From NCBI GenBank assembly GCA_964234715.1, contig OZ174276.1: DNA of 64,000 nt, one strand, 5' to 3'. The DNA comes from Podarcis melisellensis. Taxonomy: Eukaryota. Positions 38,788 to 52,075 of this stretch are shown piece by piece. Under the pieces are notes generated by a model, which was given only the letters and a program-made list of their open reading frames with translations, was not told the origin of the DNA and did not search any database. Numbering within the stretch: position 1 is the first letter of the stretch; every line of letters begins with the position of its first letter. A program made the translations under genes and the position numbers.

Positions 38788-39092
38788 TATTTATTTCCTT
38801 ACATTTATTTCCTGTTTCCCCACCATCAGGGAACCCAAGGCAGAATACATGCATACCCTACAATGTGATGCTCTTAGATCTCGGACACTATCTTCTGGAT
38901 CTGAAATCCTGTGTGAGTCACATGACACATGCAAGATTGAGGACCATGAAAAAAATGCTTTTTTGGGAGCGAGATCTCGGTCTGAAATCGTGTGAGAGCA
39001 AGGCAACCAAAATGGCCACCGTGCTCTCGCGGGGATAAGTGGGATGTCCTTGTTTTTCCAGAGTAGTCAACGGGTTTGTGGTTTGCAAGGAG

Positions 39093-39150
39093 TCTCCCAT
39101 GTTAACACTGGCCAGGCACAGACTTGCTTAACTTCAGCAAGCTAATGGCC
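39093..39150 (-). mobile_element. 5S rRNA-derived SINE head fragment
   Basis: rc gaagttaagcaagtctgtgcctggccagtgttaacatgggaga resembles the 5S internal control region gaagctaagcagggtcgggcctggttagtacttggatgggaga. Confidence 0.55.
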
Positions 39151-39209
39151 TTAGGACTGTCAGAGTAGGAAATGGGAGACAACTGTTTAAACCCCTCTTG
39201 GCCAGAAAG

Positions 39210-39360
39210 CTCGCTGGGTGACCCTGGGCCAGTCACTTGGCCTTGCCTACCTCATAGAGTTGTTGTGAGGTTAAAATGTAGAGGAGGAGAAATCCAGTAT
39301 ACCACTTCAAGCTTCTTGGAAAAAGGTGGGAAGCAAATGCTTTAATAAATACGTAAATAA
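39210..39360 (+). mobile_element. MIR-like/CORE SINE body with L2-type tail
   Basis: ctgggtgaccctgggccagtcac...cctacctcatagagttgttgtgaggttaaaatg...aataaata. Confidence 0.7.
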
Positions 39361-40579
39361 AAAATTGCCAGGGCCTGCTTTAATAAATATCACCACACAG
39401 ACCTAGAGAGAAAAGATGGCGACGCCACGAGCCGAGCTGTCTGTTGGGGAAACTCAAAATGAGTTTTCTAGACTTGAGTTGGTTCACTGTGACAAAGTTT
39501 GAGAATTCCTGATCTGATACAAAGAGTAGGGAACAATAAGGCAATCTTGCAAATGTCTTATGCACCCCGCTTTGCTACCACTGTGGCTCTCTGGCTGCTT
39601 ATTACAGCCCTTTTCCAAATGCATTTATTTCATTTTAAGTGGCCATCATGAACATCTGTCAAATGTAGCAACACAAAGGGTGGGTGTGAAGTGAGGAGAG
39701 GGGGCGGGGAGGAAGTTGCAGGGGAAAGGGAAAGAGTGTGTTGCTTTGCTAACCCTGCTCCCTGCTGAAATACATATTTTAATTTTAAGGTTATTTAAAA
39801 ATGAATATATTCCAGAATCTGTTCTTTGCACCCAAGCCTGCTTACAGCTCCAGGAATTGTGTGTGTATGGGGGGGGGAGCACCTCTATTATTCTCAGGCC
39901 ATTTGGTAGTGGTTGCCATGGAGATCAAAAGCAAAATAGCATGCAAATCAACACAAGCCCCAGTGTTCAATAACAACCTTAAAAGGGCAGCCGGATAAGA
40001 CGACAGAAATCACTTGAAATGCTTCAACCTGCTCTGCTAGCTGTGATTAGATCTAAAAGGGAAAGAAAAATACCCTAATGGATTATAGAGCAGACGAAAG
40101 GAGTCTGCCAGCGATGGGGTGCAGCCTGTGTGATTATTTTAAACACATAGACTCTCCCACCCTAACCTACCTCCACATGTCTACATGCACAAAGGTATCC
40201 GAAATGACCAAATCACACACACAATATCTTTAATTTCTTCCCCACCTGGCCAGTACTTAAAGCAATCGGGATTTCAGTAATTAAGGGTGGTTTTTTGTTT
40301 TCTTGGTTGTTTTTTTAAAAAACCTACTTTTAATATTTTTTAAAAACTAAATCAAATCTGCTCTTTTTTCTTTGGTGGCAATGAGTCACATAAAATCAAC
40401 ATCAAGCATGGATAGGAAAGTCACATGTACCTTTTTTGACAGTTAACTAGCTCTCTCAACAAGCTTGCACCAGGATTTGGGCATTAGCTTTATAACAACA
40501 ACAACAACAACAACAACGGCTTCTATACTTAATCCTCAGCGGAAAGGTTTTGTTTCAAGGAAACCCAAATGTATTATGG

Positions 40580-40645
40580 CTGCAGCCCTAGTCACGCTAA
40601 CCTGACAGTAAGTCCCATTGAACCCCATGAGCTTACTTCTAAATT
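40580..40645. mobile_element. Small palindromic MITE (gtaagtcccattga family); related relics near 8030, 12440, 13985, 32635, 32810
   Basis: ggctgcagccct...agtaagtcccattgaaccccatgagcttact; the core recurs across the window. Confidence 0.55.
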
Positions 40646-40989
40646 GCTTTGTATACAAACCCTCTGTAAGGTTCAAGCAGTCAGTACAGCTTGCCTTTAC
40701 TGGAAGTCTGTCTGCCATAAATGACACATTGATAACATTTGGTTATCATCACATAACAGAGCCAACCCACTCAAAGGTATGCTTCCCAAGTTCCTTTTTT
40801 CCCAAAAGGAAGGTACAGCGGGTGTGATGCTTGTTGGACCACTGTCTTAGCTTCTGCTCAGCCATGTATTGAAACCTCTTAGGCTCCTGCTGAACCTTGT
40901 AACCTGTAGTTTGTCTTATGTGCCTATTTGATATGAGCATCAAAGCCTTTGGGAAAACTAGAGCTGGGGGTTCAAGTTCTTTGTTTGCC

Positions 40990-41150
40990 AGTGACGGCTG
41001 GGACCCTTGCCCAGAAAGGGCATTCAGCACTGGTTTGAAATTATTGGGCTCTTCCAGGTCCAGGGAGGGCTTCTTCAATAATAGTCTTACTACTGTCTCC
41101 ATCAGGCAGCCTAAGACCTCTCCTCATTGAAATGAAGCGTTCATTACCTT
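40990..41150 (-). mobile_element. L2 LINE RT N-terminal fragment
   Basis: Translation ETVVRLLLKKPSLDLEEPNNFKPVLN matches the L2 motif EAVVRPLLKKPSLD...NNYRPVSN. Confidence 0.85.
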
Positions 41151-43600
41151 CCTATCTCTGACTGCAATAGGCTTTCTTCATTGTTCCCCCTGTCTTCCAG
41201 ATCATAAGAGATCACTACAGCTACTGGCTGGATAACATGCCATATGGGGTAGATGTGTGCTAAAGCACCATTGGATGGATTTCATTTCAAAGGTCAGGAT
41301 CCTATCATAACATGCTGACCTTGGATTTTTCTTACGCAGTAGCAAATTAGTTCACATCTTGGAGTCATATGGATAATGCCTTTATGTGTCTGCCTTGCCC
41401 TGTAGAAAACTCTTTGACACAATACTTTTATTATTAGCTTCTCCTTGCTCGTGGCAAACCTGGATGATATGGGCTAATCAGTTAGGAACATGTGTGCACA
41501 CATCCTGCAGGACATTTAACTAGATGACCTCCAGTGCAAAGAAATTAAATTCAATGGCTATGAGCTGAATATCTCAGTCTGCTTGGCCAAAGAATGTGAA
41601 GTAGATGCTCTCCTTATTTCTTTTTTATATATAAATTACACAGAGATAGGTTAAAGTAACAGTGTGAACAAATGTGTGGACTAGCTCCATTGTATTAAAG
41701 ACATGAATGAAATGTCAAGTAAAATGGGCTAAGATAATTTGAGGAACTAGCATGGAAAAAGTTGAGAAATGTGTGGGAGGATATATGTTGTTTCTTAACA
41801 ACATCGTCACCATGGAGCCATAGATCCCACTACAGCCCTGGTCCAGTAGCCACTTTAGCCACCTCAAAAGTAAGGAAAACACAATAAAAACCACAGCACC
41901 CCACCCATGAGAATTCCCATGACATTTGCTTTCACCTTTGATAATTCTCAAATTTGGTTTCTTTTTCTCATTAATTGATGGAGAATAGTCCAAATCCAAT
42001 GCCTGGGTGTCCAGTGTAGGTGATAATCATTTTGGTTGCAAGAACTACTTTCAAGACCAAGGGCCTTGCTGTAACATTGACCCTGGAGTCCAGCAGTGAG
42101 CATGGCAGTGATTTAGAGATTACAGAACCATTGGCTGAGGAACTTCATGAGGTTCCTGGATCTGAGCCTAATATTCTCAAGTGATCCTGAGCCTGGCAAA
42201 TAGAATCCTACAACACCAGGGCTTGCAAAACCAGATACTGGACTCTCACAGACATCCTCCCTTGGGCATGGGGAACCAGGTGCTCTCCAAACTGCCTTGT
42301 CAGTCCAGTGGCACAGTGAGTGCACAAGGCAGGAGGGCACAAAGCAAAATAAATGCCAGTGGGTTCGCCCTTTTTAAAGGTTTGCGGCTATCCAACAAAT
42401 AGGGAGGAGCCTGAGAGAGATGGGCTTAGAGGCAGAGGCCCCAAAGGTCTCAGTTCACCTCCATCCTTGGTTGGAGCAAGTAGTATTCCTATGAGCTCTC
42501 CTTGTGGCCTTGTCCTCTGGGACCAGAGCACGCGACTTTTGCTACTTTTGTTTTCTCTCTCTTTCTCTCTCTTCCCTCTCTTTATAGAAATGAGTTCCCA
42601 AGCCCCTTTGATGCCAGCACTCTTCCCTGCATTAGCCTTTCGAAACTCAGTTGCCTGCCTAGTGATCTGTTTCTTTTCTGGTACCCAATTTCTATACTGT
42701 ATTCTGGTACTTCCTTTTTCCAGATGAGGAATCCAGAAATGAGTTTTCAGCAGGTTGTTATTTTTACCCCCAGGATAAACAGAGAGATACTTATTCCTTT
42801 CAGGGAACTAAGAGGGGATGAATGCCACTCAAAGGCCCTGCACAAGAGAAAGGACAACATGTGGAATATGCACGACTAATCTTAACTAGGTGTGATCCTT
42901 GCATTAACCCTCAGGCATAATCCTTGCATTATCCCTACAAAATCCTTAGCCTTTGTTAGAAGAAGCCTTTGTTACAGTTGCATTAATCTAACCTCTCTTC
43001 TGTACAAGTTATTCTTAACTTACAGACCGGCTCCAAACATTATAGCTATCTCATTGCAAAGCAGTATGTTAAATCTCCCTGTGTTGTTCCAGTGATGCCC
43101 CATGCATCCGCATGAGCTGTTCAGTTGCCCTTTGGGCACACTGCACAACAGAACAAAAAGCTAGGTTCGTTACTGAGTATGCAACACTCACCAAGGAGCT
43201 GTGGGCAGCCCTGCTTACCTGCATGATAGACATGCATGTGTAACCTGTTCTTTAAAGTTTTAGCAATAGTCTTAAATTATTTGAGGTATACACATGAAAA
43301 ATGCAGTATGAAGTGGGCTTTAGTTCCATACTAACTTTAGTTCCATACCTTCCTAACTCTGAAACTGCTCTCTGCTCTGCTCCCAGATTTGGTCTGGGGA
43401 GGGCAGAATCTTCCTTGGAGGGCTTCTGCTTCGACCAACCACCCAAACCAGGACAGACCAAAGTGCCCCTGGCATTACCAAGGAAGCGGGGGCAACTCTA
43501 CCTGAGAGGATTCTAAAAGTGCCATCAAGCCAACTGTCCATGGTGCTGATACAGCGGCTGCTGCAGCTCTTCCCTCTGAAGCTCTGCCTGACTTGGAATG

Positions 43601-43603
<3 letters not shown>

Positions 43604-43643
<40 letters not shown>
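43604..43643. repeat. (GT)20 microsatellite
   Basis: Read directly. Confidence 0.99.
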
Positions 43644-43645
<2 letters not shown>

Positions 43646-43859
43646 CTCCTGTTCTTCATAGAAAATCAGCAGTTTGCAACAATTAAACATAAAAACTGTG
43701 CAATAAGGATCATATAAAACATTAAAATCAGAAATCAACTAGCTGTTATGGAAAGACGTATTTTTTTAATTGCCTGCGTAAGCCTTATGGAGTAGAAAAG
43801 TTTTCAGTAGGAGTTTAAAAGTTGAAACATAAGGCACTTTCTGAATTTCCATTGGCAGA

Positions 43860-44145
43860 ATAGCCTACTGGATGCCTATGGGAAACCTGCAAGCAGGATT
43901 AGAGCACATGAGAGCTCTCCTCTCTTGTGGTTTTCGCCAACTGGTATTCAGAAGCATTACTGCTTCTGACAGTGGAGGCAGGACAGAGCTATCATGGCTG
44001 GTAGCCACCAGTAGCACTTTCCTCTAATAATTTGTCTAACCCTCTTTTAAAGCCATCCAGGTTGGTGGCATCGCTACCTCCTATAGGAGTGAGTTCCACT
44101 TCTGTCCTGAATCTTCCAACATTCAGCTTCATCGGATGGCCAGAG
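43860..44145 (-). mobile_element. CR1 LINE 3' end (second family)
   Basis: Translation GHPMKLNVGRFRT...ATNLDGFKRGLDKLLEE is the CR1 ORF2 terminus, followed by 3' UTR. Confidence 0.88.
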
Positions 44146-45254
44146 AACAGCAGAGTTCCAGGTGGTTGCTCCACTTTTGCATATATTGTGACAACTAAGT
44201 TAAGTAGGGTGCCAAGTGTGGTATAATGTATGCTGATGTTTTTGAAGCTATAAGTCAAAACAGTAACTCTCTATACCGTTCTTTCCAAAGACAGACACCA
44301 TATCATTCTTCAGGGAACATAATAGTTTCCCACAATTTCATCTGTATCTGTTGCTACGTGACCCGGCAGTGGCCCTGAGATTTTCTCAACCAACTCTCAT
44401 CAGCGAATCTTTTCATGTCCCACTGGCTTGAACGCATTCCAATTGTCCAAGGATTCTTTATAAGGATATCAAAGCCTCAGTAGTCTTTAGTCCCACAGAA
44501 TCAAGAACACAAAGCAACACTTGCATACTACCTTTTGAATAGTGGTTGATCCAAATAAAAGGTATGTTCTCAGTTGCTCTGTGTTTCAAGCATTCATTGA
44601 CAGTCTCCTTTGCCATCTTTCTGTGTCCTCAGTTTTGTGTTCTGAATGTCGCATCACACACGGGTTTTATCCCTTGTAAAAACTGATGCAAAGCAGATGC
44701 AGAATAGTTTCCCCTCCTTTTAACCTGTCGTTTTCTTTCCTTCCGAGCTGAGGAATTAATCCAGTATATCCTTTGCCAGGTTATTGCTACCAACACAAAA
44801 ACATGTTTCCTGAGATCATTCCTGTTACAAATTCATTTTGTGTCTCTACCTGCGTAATATTTGCTGTGACACACTTGTGCTATGCTGAATAACCTGGACT
44901 TCCCCTTTAATTTAAGCCTTCTTTCCATATGTCTTTGGTTCTCTGTTCATGAGAACTATGTCCAAGGCTGGGATCCTATAGCCTCTTACCTGAGAGTAAG
45001 CCTCAGGTAATCCAATGAGACACTTCAGAGTGGATGTTATAGCCGTGGTCACCAACATTTTGGAGGGTAGGGGGTACATCTGGAATTTCAGGAAAGGACT
45101 GTGAGCACAAGTCACAAAATGGCAGCCACAATGGTTATGCCAATGGCTGTGGCATGACACAAAATCGCTACAACATCTAAAAGAGCAGGAAAAGTGACAG
45201 GCACACAGACCTGCTTCACATTTCCGTACCAAGTTGTAGATTTATTGGGGTTTT

Positions 45255-45535
45255 TTTTAAAATCCTCATGAAAATTCATCAGCATTTGGGTGTGAACTTC
45301 TCCCATTTTTATGCAGATTTGACTAACATACAAGTTTTTGAAGAAAAATTTCCCCATTTTTCACCAATACTTGCATTTATGGACACACTTTACACTAGTA
45401 TGTGCATTTTATTTTTACACATTACTTGGCTGGAGAACTGCATTGAAAAACTCAGAGAACCTGAGTTTCAGTTTGTATCTTCTTGAATTAAGTAAGTTTG
45501 CCTTCAAATTTAATCAAAACTACTTTCTCCATAAC
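45255..45535 (+). mobile_element. Copy of the AT-rich repeat seen at 14250-14993
   Basis: catgaaaattcatcagcattt...tacttggctggagaactgcattg aligns by eye to 14340-14560. Confidence 0.6.
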
Positions 45536-45829
45536 CAAGGTTGGCTTCGCTTGACATGGCAGGAAACAAGTCCAGCCAGGAACAAAGTGCTAGTGAGTGC
45601 CTCTCCAGTAGCCTGCACGTTCACACTGTCTCAGTAAGTCAAGGTTTGGCTTAGCGTCTCATACAAACCAGGTCAATAGCTAGGAAGAAGAGTTGCAAGA
45701 GGAGAATGAGGCTGTTGGTGGAGATAGGTGCCAAAATTTGCCAACCACTGGCATAGATCTTACTTCTATGAAATGAGGAAAAGTCATAGAAAATATCTAC
45801 TGGGGGGGGAATATGCCCCATTGTCATTT

Positions 45830-46480
45830 TAATGTTTCAACTGCTGTAAATGTATATTTGACAAAAAGTATTGCTTTCAATGTTATGTGTGAGCTCCAGA
45901 TTCCAAAGAATGCCTTGACTTCAGAAGGACGTAGGAAAGTATAAAACTGTGTACCAAACGCGGGCTGGTTTGTCTCACCAATCCTTCTTGGCGTTCCATT
46001 GTGCGAAGCTGGCAAATTGCTTATAATGACATAAAGCGAATGCATCTTTGAAAGGCAGAAACATATTCTTATAAGTGTTAGCTGTGCATTTGATTATTTG
46101 AAGGGCTTGATTTCTCCAGTCGCGCTGCACATTTTAGGTATACACATGAGATTACAACTTCATTCATCACAGGGCTGCGCCGATTGAGGGAGAATTTCCT
46201 CCTCATCAATCTGATTTTTAAACAAGGGTCTATTTTCCCCCTACAGTGTTAGTTGCCGCACGAACCTTCCACTTGTCACTATGGCTGCATTATTGAAGGA
46301 GTTAATTGGGTAACATCTCGCTCACCTACCCGGAGTTCGAACCCCTTGCTGAAGCTCAGCTGTAGCTCACCCACCCTCCTAATTACATTTATTCACAGAA
46401 ATCAAAAGGAGAGGGACGCAGTTGAGTAAAGGTCACATTAATAATACAGGCTGAAAGAAAGCCTGTGGATATGTATTTTT
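45830..46480. promoter_or_regulatory. Candidate conserved non-coding element / enhancer
   Basis: TE-free, unusually many CpGs relative to flanks, TGATTA/TAATT/CCATTGT motifs. Based on composition only. Confidence 0.4.
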
Positions 46481-48504
46481 CATTAAAGCCACATTTGACT
46501 GAAGGGGCAATTCTTTTAGGATTGGCAGTATTTCTCAAGGAGGCTGAAGATATGGCAGAGGGGAAGAAAGGCGGGTGGGGAGCTGAGAGAAGAGAAGAAT
46601 CCTTGTTATTCTCTTGTCACTGTTTGTTGTCTGCTTCCAAATCTGAAGAAATAACAAGGAAAGTTAATCATGTTGCTCACAGCGAGAAGTGCCTGAGATC
46701 ATAGGCTTCAAACCAGGGGGTCTTTGCGCCCGCTGCAAGATTGAGAAGAAGCGCAGTCACTTGGGGTTCTGTTTACATTCAGGGCCTCCTGAGAGGGAAG
46801 ACAGATGACCTGAAGATACGTGGGCCTCACATGTAGCCAGAGCCAGATGGAAAGCAGAAAGCTGTAGCTAATCTGGAGCCGCAACTACAGAGACATATTT
46901 GTTTTATTTATGTGCAGCTTTGTAATGCATGGTGTTCCCTGCCTTCCCAGGTAACAGGTGCAAAGGCCTCGTATGCACCACACAATGCTATTTGCAGTGC
47001 TGTGCTAAACATCTCTCCTGTTCAGGAGGGCTGGTGAGCAGGTGCCCATTATCCACCAACATTGCTACTCCCACAATTGCTCTTGGACTTGCACTGTGCT
47101 GTTGCAATTGGAGAGATCCATAATGGCAGCAGAAAACAACAACAACCTGTAGCTAACACAATGTGTGAGAATTGGAGTGTCTCTTTAGTATGGCTCACTG
47201 TTGTCCAAGATGTGACAAATTGCATAATCTTAACCCTCCGAGGTGCTGTGAGAGGACCCATGTCTATAATTGCAACAGGCCTTTATTTTGCATGCATGAA
47301 AGCTATGATGGTACCTTAGATGAAAATTTCCCCTTCATTCTTAAGGGGGGTGGGGGTGGGTGGGGGATGACAACGTTCAACCACACTTTACTTCCTTCAT
47401 TGTTAAATAGTGCATCATAAGCCAGTTAGTATCTAGGCAAATTGCACAAAATCTGTTTCCTTTTAGGTTTAATAACAAGAGCAGGCAGTGAAGATGGGGG
47501 TTTTAAATGTTTCCTGAGGAATCTGAATGCATGATTCCCATGGGTGAATTGGGGGTGCTCAAATCTCTGAGGTCTTCCCCCCCTTGTTGGCTCCCTCACT
47601 CTGTGCTGCTCATGCAGTACATCTGTATCCACTTGTTCATTTAATTCAGTGGTAGATAATAGTATGCTTGTGGAAAGCATTGCACAGAAAATCCCCTCTG
47701 TGCCCTAAAGTTTGTCTGTGGGGGGTGCAGGGGGTGGGGTGGTGGTGGGGCAGTTGAGCAGTTTGCCTCTGGACCTTCTTGAAAGCTGGTCAGTGCCGAA
47801 TTAGTCCAGAGGTGACTGGCAGCGGTAGATGACACTGTGAGCTGCCATCAGCTACTTAACCCGCAGACTAATACACAAAGTCATTTCTGGTGCACAGCTG
47901 TCTGAACAATACATTTGCCAATTAAGTTAATACAATTAAATCCCTTGTATCCAACAGAAAGGGCAGTGCAAATCCAAGTGAAAGAAAGGGGGGGGGGGAG
48001 AGAATCTCAACAGTCCTCTGATGCATCGCCCACCCGAAGAACAAAGGCAAAGAAAGAACATTATAAAAACAGTGAAATCCACTGTTAATTAATGTTGAGG
48101 TATCAGGAGGCTTATTTATAGCTCTCTCTGTGGCACCAAGAGAGGGTGAATTATAAGACAGCCAGTCAGTAGGGAACTTGGGACTACGTGCAGAAACAGA
48201 GTCACTGCTTTTAAAGCATGCACTCACTTTTTTATTGGACTAGGTAAGATTTTATTTTACTCTCATTTTTGCTACCCGTGTAAGATCCCATTAAAGCCCC
48301 TCTCCCACTAGAAAAAAGATTTATTGTATTTATTCTTCTACGATCAAGCAGATCACTATTATGTTGAAATGAGCAGCAACAGCATGAAGTAGTTGCAAGG
48401 GAATGCACATTATAGAATTAGTTGAGAAGCAAACTTCTGAGACTCACATAACTCTTCACTGGACAATATGAAAGGTACTGCTCATTGAACAGCTTTGCAT
48501 TGCA

Positions 48505-49335
48505 TGTTAAGACCCCCAAAACCACCCCCAATTGAAGACACACTAGACACAGATTTTAGTTTAAGGTTTCTGGCATTAAATTTTGGCCACAACTTTATTT
48601 ATTACAGCATGTGAGTGGTTGCTTAGGCATTGGTTCCAGGCTAACTGAACCTGCACAGTGGCAGGAACAGGACTGAAACTGGGCACCACTATATGTCAGT
48701 AAGGGAAAGCATCCTGGGGGAGCAAGAACTCCTTCGATCTCGCAGCTCACCCCAGATGCTCCCAGGGGCTCTGGCCTGGCCCTAGGGTTCGGACAAAAGC
48801 AAGGTGAGCCCCTAGATTCCTTTAACAGAATTCCCTAGCAGCAGCAATGGAGGGGCAGGCACAGCCAACCACATCCCCTCCCCAAAACACTGAACCAAAT
48901 GCCTAACCGCCAACCTTACAAAGTTGTGATGATTTGCTACACAGTAGGGAAAAACCAAGTGGCACTAGCCAATCAGCCAAATGGCAAAATTCCTATAGGG
49001 CCTCTGCTCCAAAACAGACGACCGCTAGACAGGCATAGCAAGGCTAAAAGAACAACCCTAAATATAGGGAGAGGAGGGCGGGTGATCCACTGCATGTTGC
49101 AAGTAAGTGAAACTCTCCAGCGACATGCAGCAGCTTAAGTAGCCCCTAAGCAGCCAATAGCCAACCCAACTGACCAAATTTGTGGCCCAGCAACAGAGGG
49201 GCAACCAATGGGGTGTTGTGGCCATCCAGATGGTTCCGCCCCACAACAGAGAGGCAGTTTCTGGTGATCTCACCAAAACACGTGCCCTCCTTGATGGAGG
49301 ACCCGACTGATCCCAAAACCTCACATATTCTTACA
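48505..49335 (-). mobile_element. Solo LTR, about 831 bp
   Basis: TGTTAAGA...TCTTACA termini (TG..CA with short inverted repeat); minus-strand AATAAA at 48594-48599; TATA-like at about 49059-49066; CCAAT cluster at 49150-49210; homologous to 54616-55436. Confidence 0.75.
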
Positions 49336-51527
49336 TCAACAGAAGTTGGTGCTGTAAAACAAAACACCTTATTTTGTGTTTATAATAAAACCAAATTCGA
49401 ACCAAGTTTACAGATTCAATGGCTTCATATCTCCTTCGACAACTTCTTTTCCACGTTCATTTTTATGAAAACTACCAACACACTTTTCATTATTATACCT
49501 GTATGTTTTCATCACTATGCTTTGTTGTGTTACCTGGTTCTATTACTAACATTTCTCTGTATTTCAGTGACACAAATGAGAAAAATGAAAGTGACACTAA
49601 CCTACCTTGCACTTTTAGCAAAGCCCTACAACTGACACCACCCCCCACACTGGCATCATTTACCCAATTAAATAATTGGCCTTGCAGTACGTCACGGACT
49701 AACAACCAATCACACTTCTTATTCAGCCAATAAAACAAACAAACACAAAACATGCATTTCGTGGTATCGTCATTTGGCCTGTCTGTTGATGACATCACGA
49801 TTTGTGACATTTTGGTCTGTGAAGTTATGAAATGAGGGGAGAATCCATTGTTGTGTACCATACTGGTTCCAGGTTTCAGAGGTCTCTGGCACAAGGTGCG
49901 TTCAGTGAGTCCATGTGATATCACTGCAACGGCCAATCTATTTAAGGTTTGGATGAAGGCCAAGTGGAGGATGTTCTGTTTATCCACTCTCTTGTTACTG
50001 TTTGCATGCTCAGAAAGGACAGATTAGCAGACAGTGGTGGCAAGATGGAGGAGAGAAAAGTGAGGAGAATCTAAGGGGTAGCAGTGGGCTGCCTACTCTG
50101 GCTGTTGTTGGGCCTTGGCAGGTGCCCATTGATGCCTATCCCTGATGTCAGCCCCGGCTGTGTAGAAGGGAAGGGGCTTCAGCCAGACTGACACCATAGG
50201 TAATAGATAGGTAGATAGGTAGTAGAAACCACATTAGCAAGGTATGTAGCTCTGTGTGCCTGCTGACTGCATGAAGAGTGTGCATTGTTAAAAGGCTCTA
50301 CATATTATCATTGTGTGTGCAAATGTGGCCAGTTTATATGATCACAACAGTACTTTAAAGAGAGATCAGTAACACAGGAATGAGTGGGATTGATCCACAT
50401 CTCACTGCCTCCTCCTCGATCAGCAACACTTCAGAAGACAAGGTACATGTTGGTACCTGACCTATGCCCAAATTTTGAATAAGAAAACCACCTCAAAGTG
50501 TGCAGAGAACAGAGAAGTGCATCTCCAAGAGGAGGGGTAGGGGAGCAAAATGATAGGCTGTGGCTCTTAATTTTAGGGTACCATGCAGACCCAAGATTAC
50601 TGGGGGAAAGGTTGCTGTGTCCCACCTTTTCCTTTACCCGGTTAATGCTGAAGTACCTAATGTAAATGCTGTCAATTGCTGGGACAGCAGACTGAAGGGG
50701 AGGGAAAATTAAACAGGGAAAAGATCTCTAATAAATAACCAAGGCAAAATACGCCATGGACGGGATGAGTGTGAGGGAGGCACAGAAAGAATTCTAGTGA
50801 AATTTCTCCGAGCCATTAGAAAAATGAAACGAAATGAATTAGATGGAGGGGAGGGGAGAATTTCAAGTACATACAAGGCTTGCATATGACAAAAGAAGGC
50901 CTGAAATTTATCATGAGGCAGAGCTGATTTGTTGCATTTGCCAGGGACATCTGTCAGCTTGATCAGCTGCAATTAGCTGCGGTGAGGCTATCCAAAGGAG
51001 GTCACCGAGAATGGCAGGCTCCCTTCCGCACAAAAATAAGGTGGGGCTGTGTGAGGAGAGCCACTCAGGGCCTTGCATTTCCCATTAAGAGCAGTCTGGA
51101 GAGTTTGGTCCTCAGTATGATTGAATGATCTTGTGGAGTGATGGCCTTTGCGAGGCCTGTAGTTTGTCTTGTGGAATACCAATTACTGCCATCTCAGAAA
51201 CTCTGGGAAGTACGTGAGCTGCTCAGGACCTGCCACTGTGCTTGATTTCAAAGAAGCTTGCAACCAGTAGCAAAGAGGAGATTACGGGGGGGGGGGGGGA
51301 ATTGCTGTTAAATCTTCTACAGTGGAGATAAAAAAATTATGAATGAATGGTTTTAGCAAGATTCAGAATTGGGGGGGGGGGGTGGAGTTTTCATCCCACA
51401 ATGTTAGTTAGCCCTCCTAGACTGAACTTATATCACTTGTTGTTTGCCACTCTGTGCTCCTTTGGGAGGAAGTGTAGGATACGAATTGAATAAATAAAAG
51501 AAAATAATTATGCTCCTGAAAGATATA

Positions 51528-52075
51528 CCGTATTTTTCGCTCCATAAGACGCACTTTTTTCTTCCTAAAAAGTAAGGGGAAATGTCTGTATGTCTTATGG
51601 AGCGAATGTGTGGTCCCTGGAGCCAAATTGCCCAGGGGCAAAAAGCAGATTGTGCTTTTTATTTTTAGAAAGAGGGAAGGGGGTGTGGAAACAAAGCCGC
51701 TGAGCAGCTGATTGGCAAGAGATAAAGAAGGCTGCCTGGGAGGGGGGAGGTAAAAGCCCATGGATCCTCAGGATTTTTGCATTGGGTCACCTCAAATTCA
51801 CCATCAGATCACATAGCATGTCCATGGCTACAGCCTGCACCAAAGAAATCACGCACCCATTGTTGTGTGGGGCCGCAATGGCGCAAAAACGTGGTTACAA
51901 AGCACGGATCCACATGGATCCTTAGGATATTTGCATTGGGCTACCCCAAACTCACCATCATGTCTGTGGCCACAGCATGAACCACAAAAATCATACATCC
52001 ACTGTTTCGTTCAGAATATTTTTTTTCATGTTTTCCTCTAAGAACTAGGTGTGTTTTATGGAGCGAAAATTACGG
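51528..52075. mobile_element. Tc2-like MITE, 548 bp
   Basis: TA-CCGTATTTTTCGCTCCATAAGACGCAC ... TTATGGAGCGAAAATTACGG-TA; internal direct repeat catggatcct..ggat..ttgcattggg at about 51759 and 51912. Confidence 0.93.

Noticed and set aside
39093-39150. 5S rRNA gene
   Set aside because: Only a short diverged fragment; treated as a SINE relic
39416-39502. Short ORF with strong Kozak context (aagATGG; MATPRAELSVGETQNEFSRLELVHCDKV)
   Set aside because: 28 aa, no good splice donor and no CpG island; may simply be a YY1-like motif
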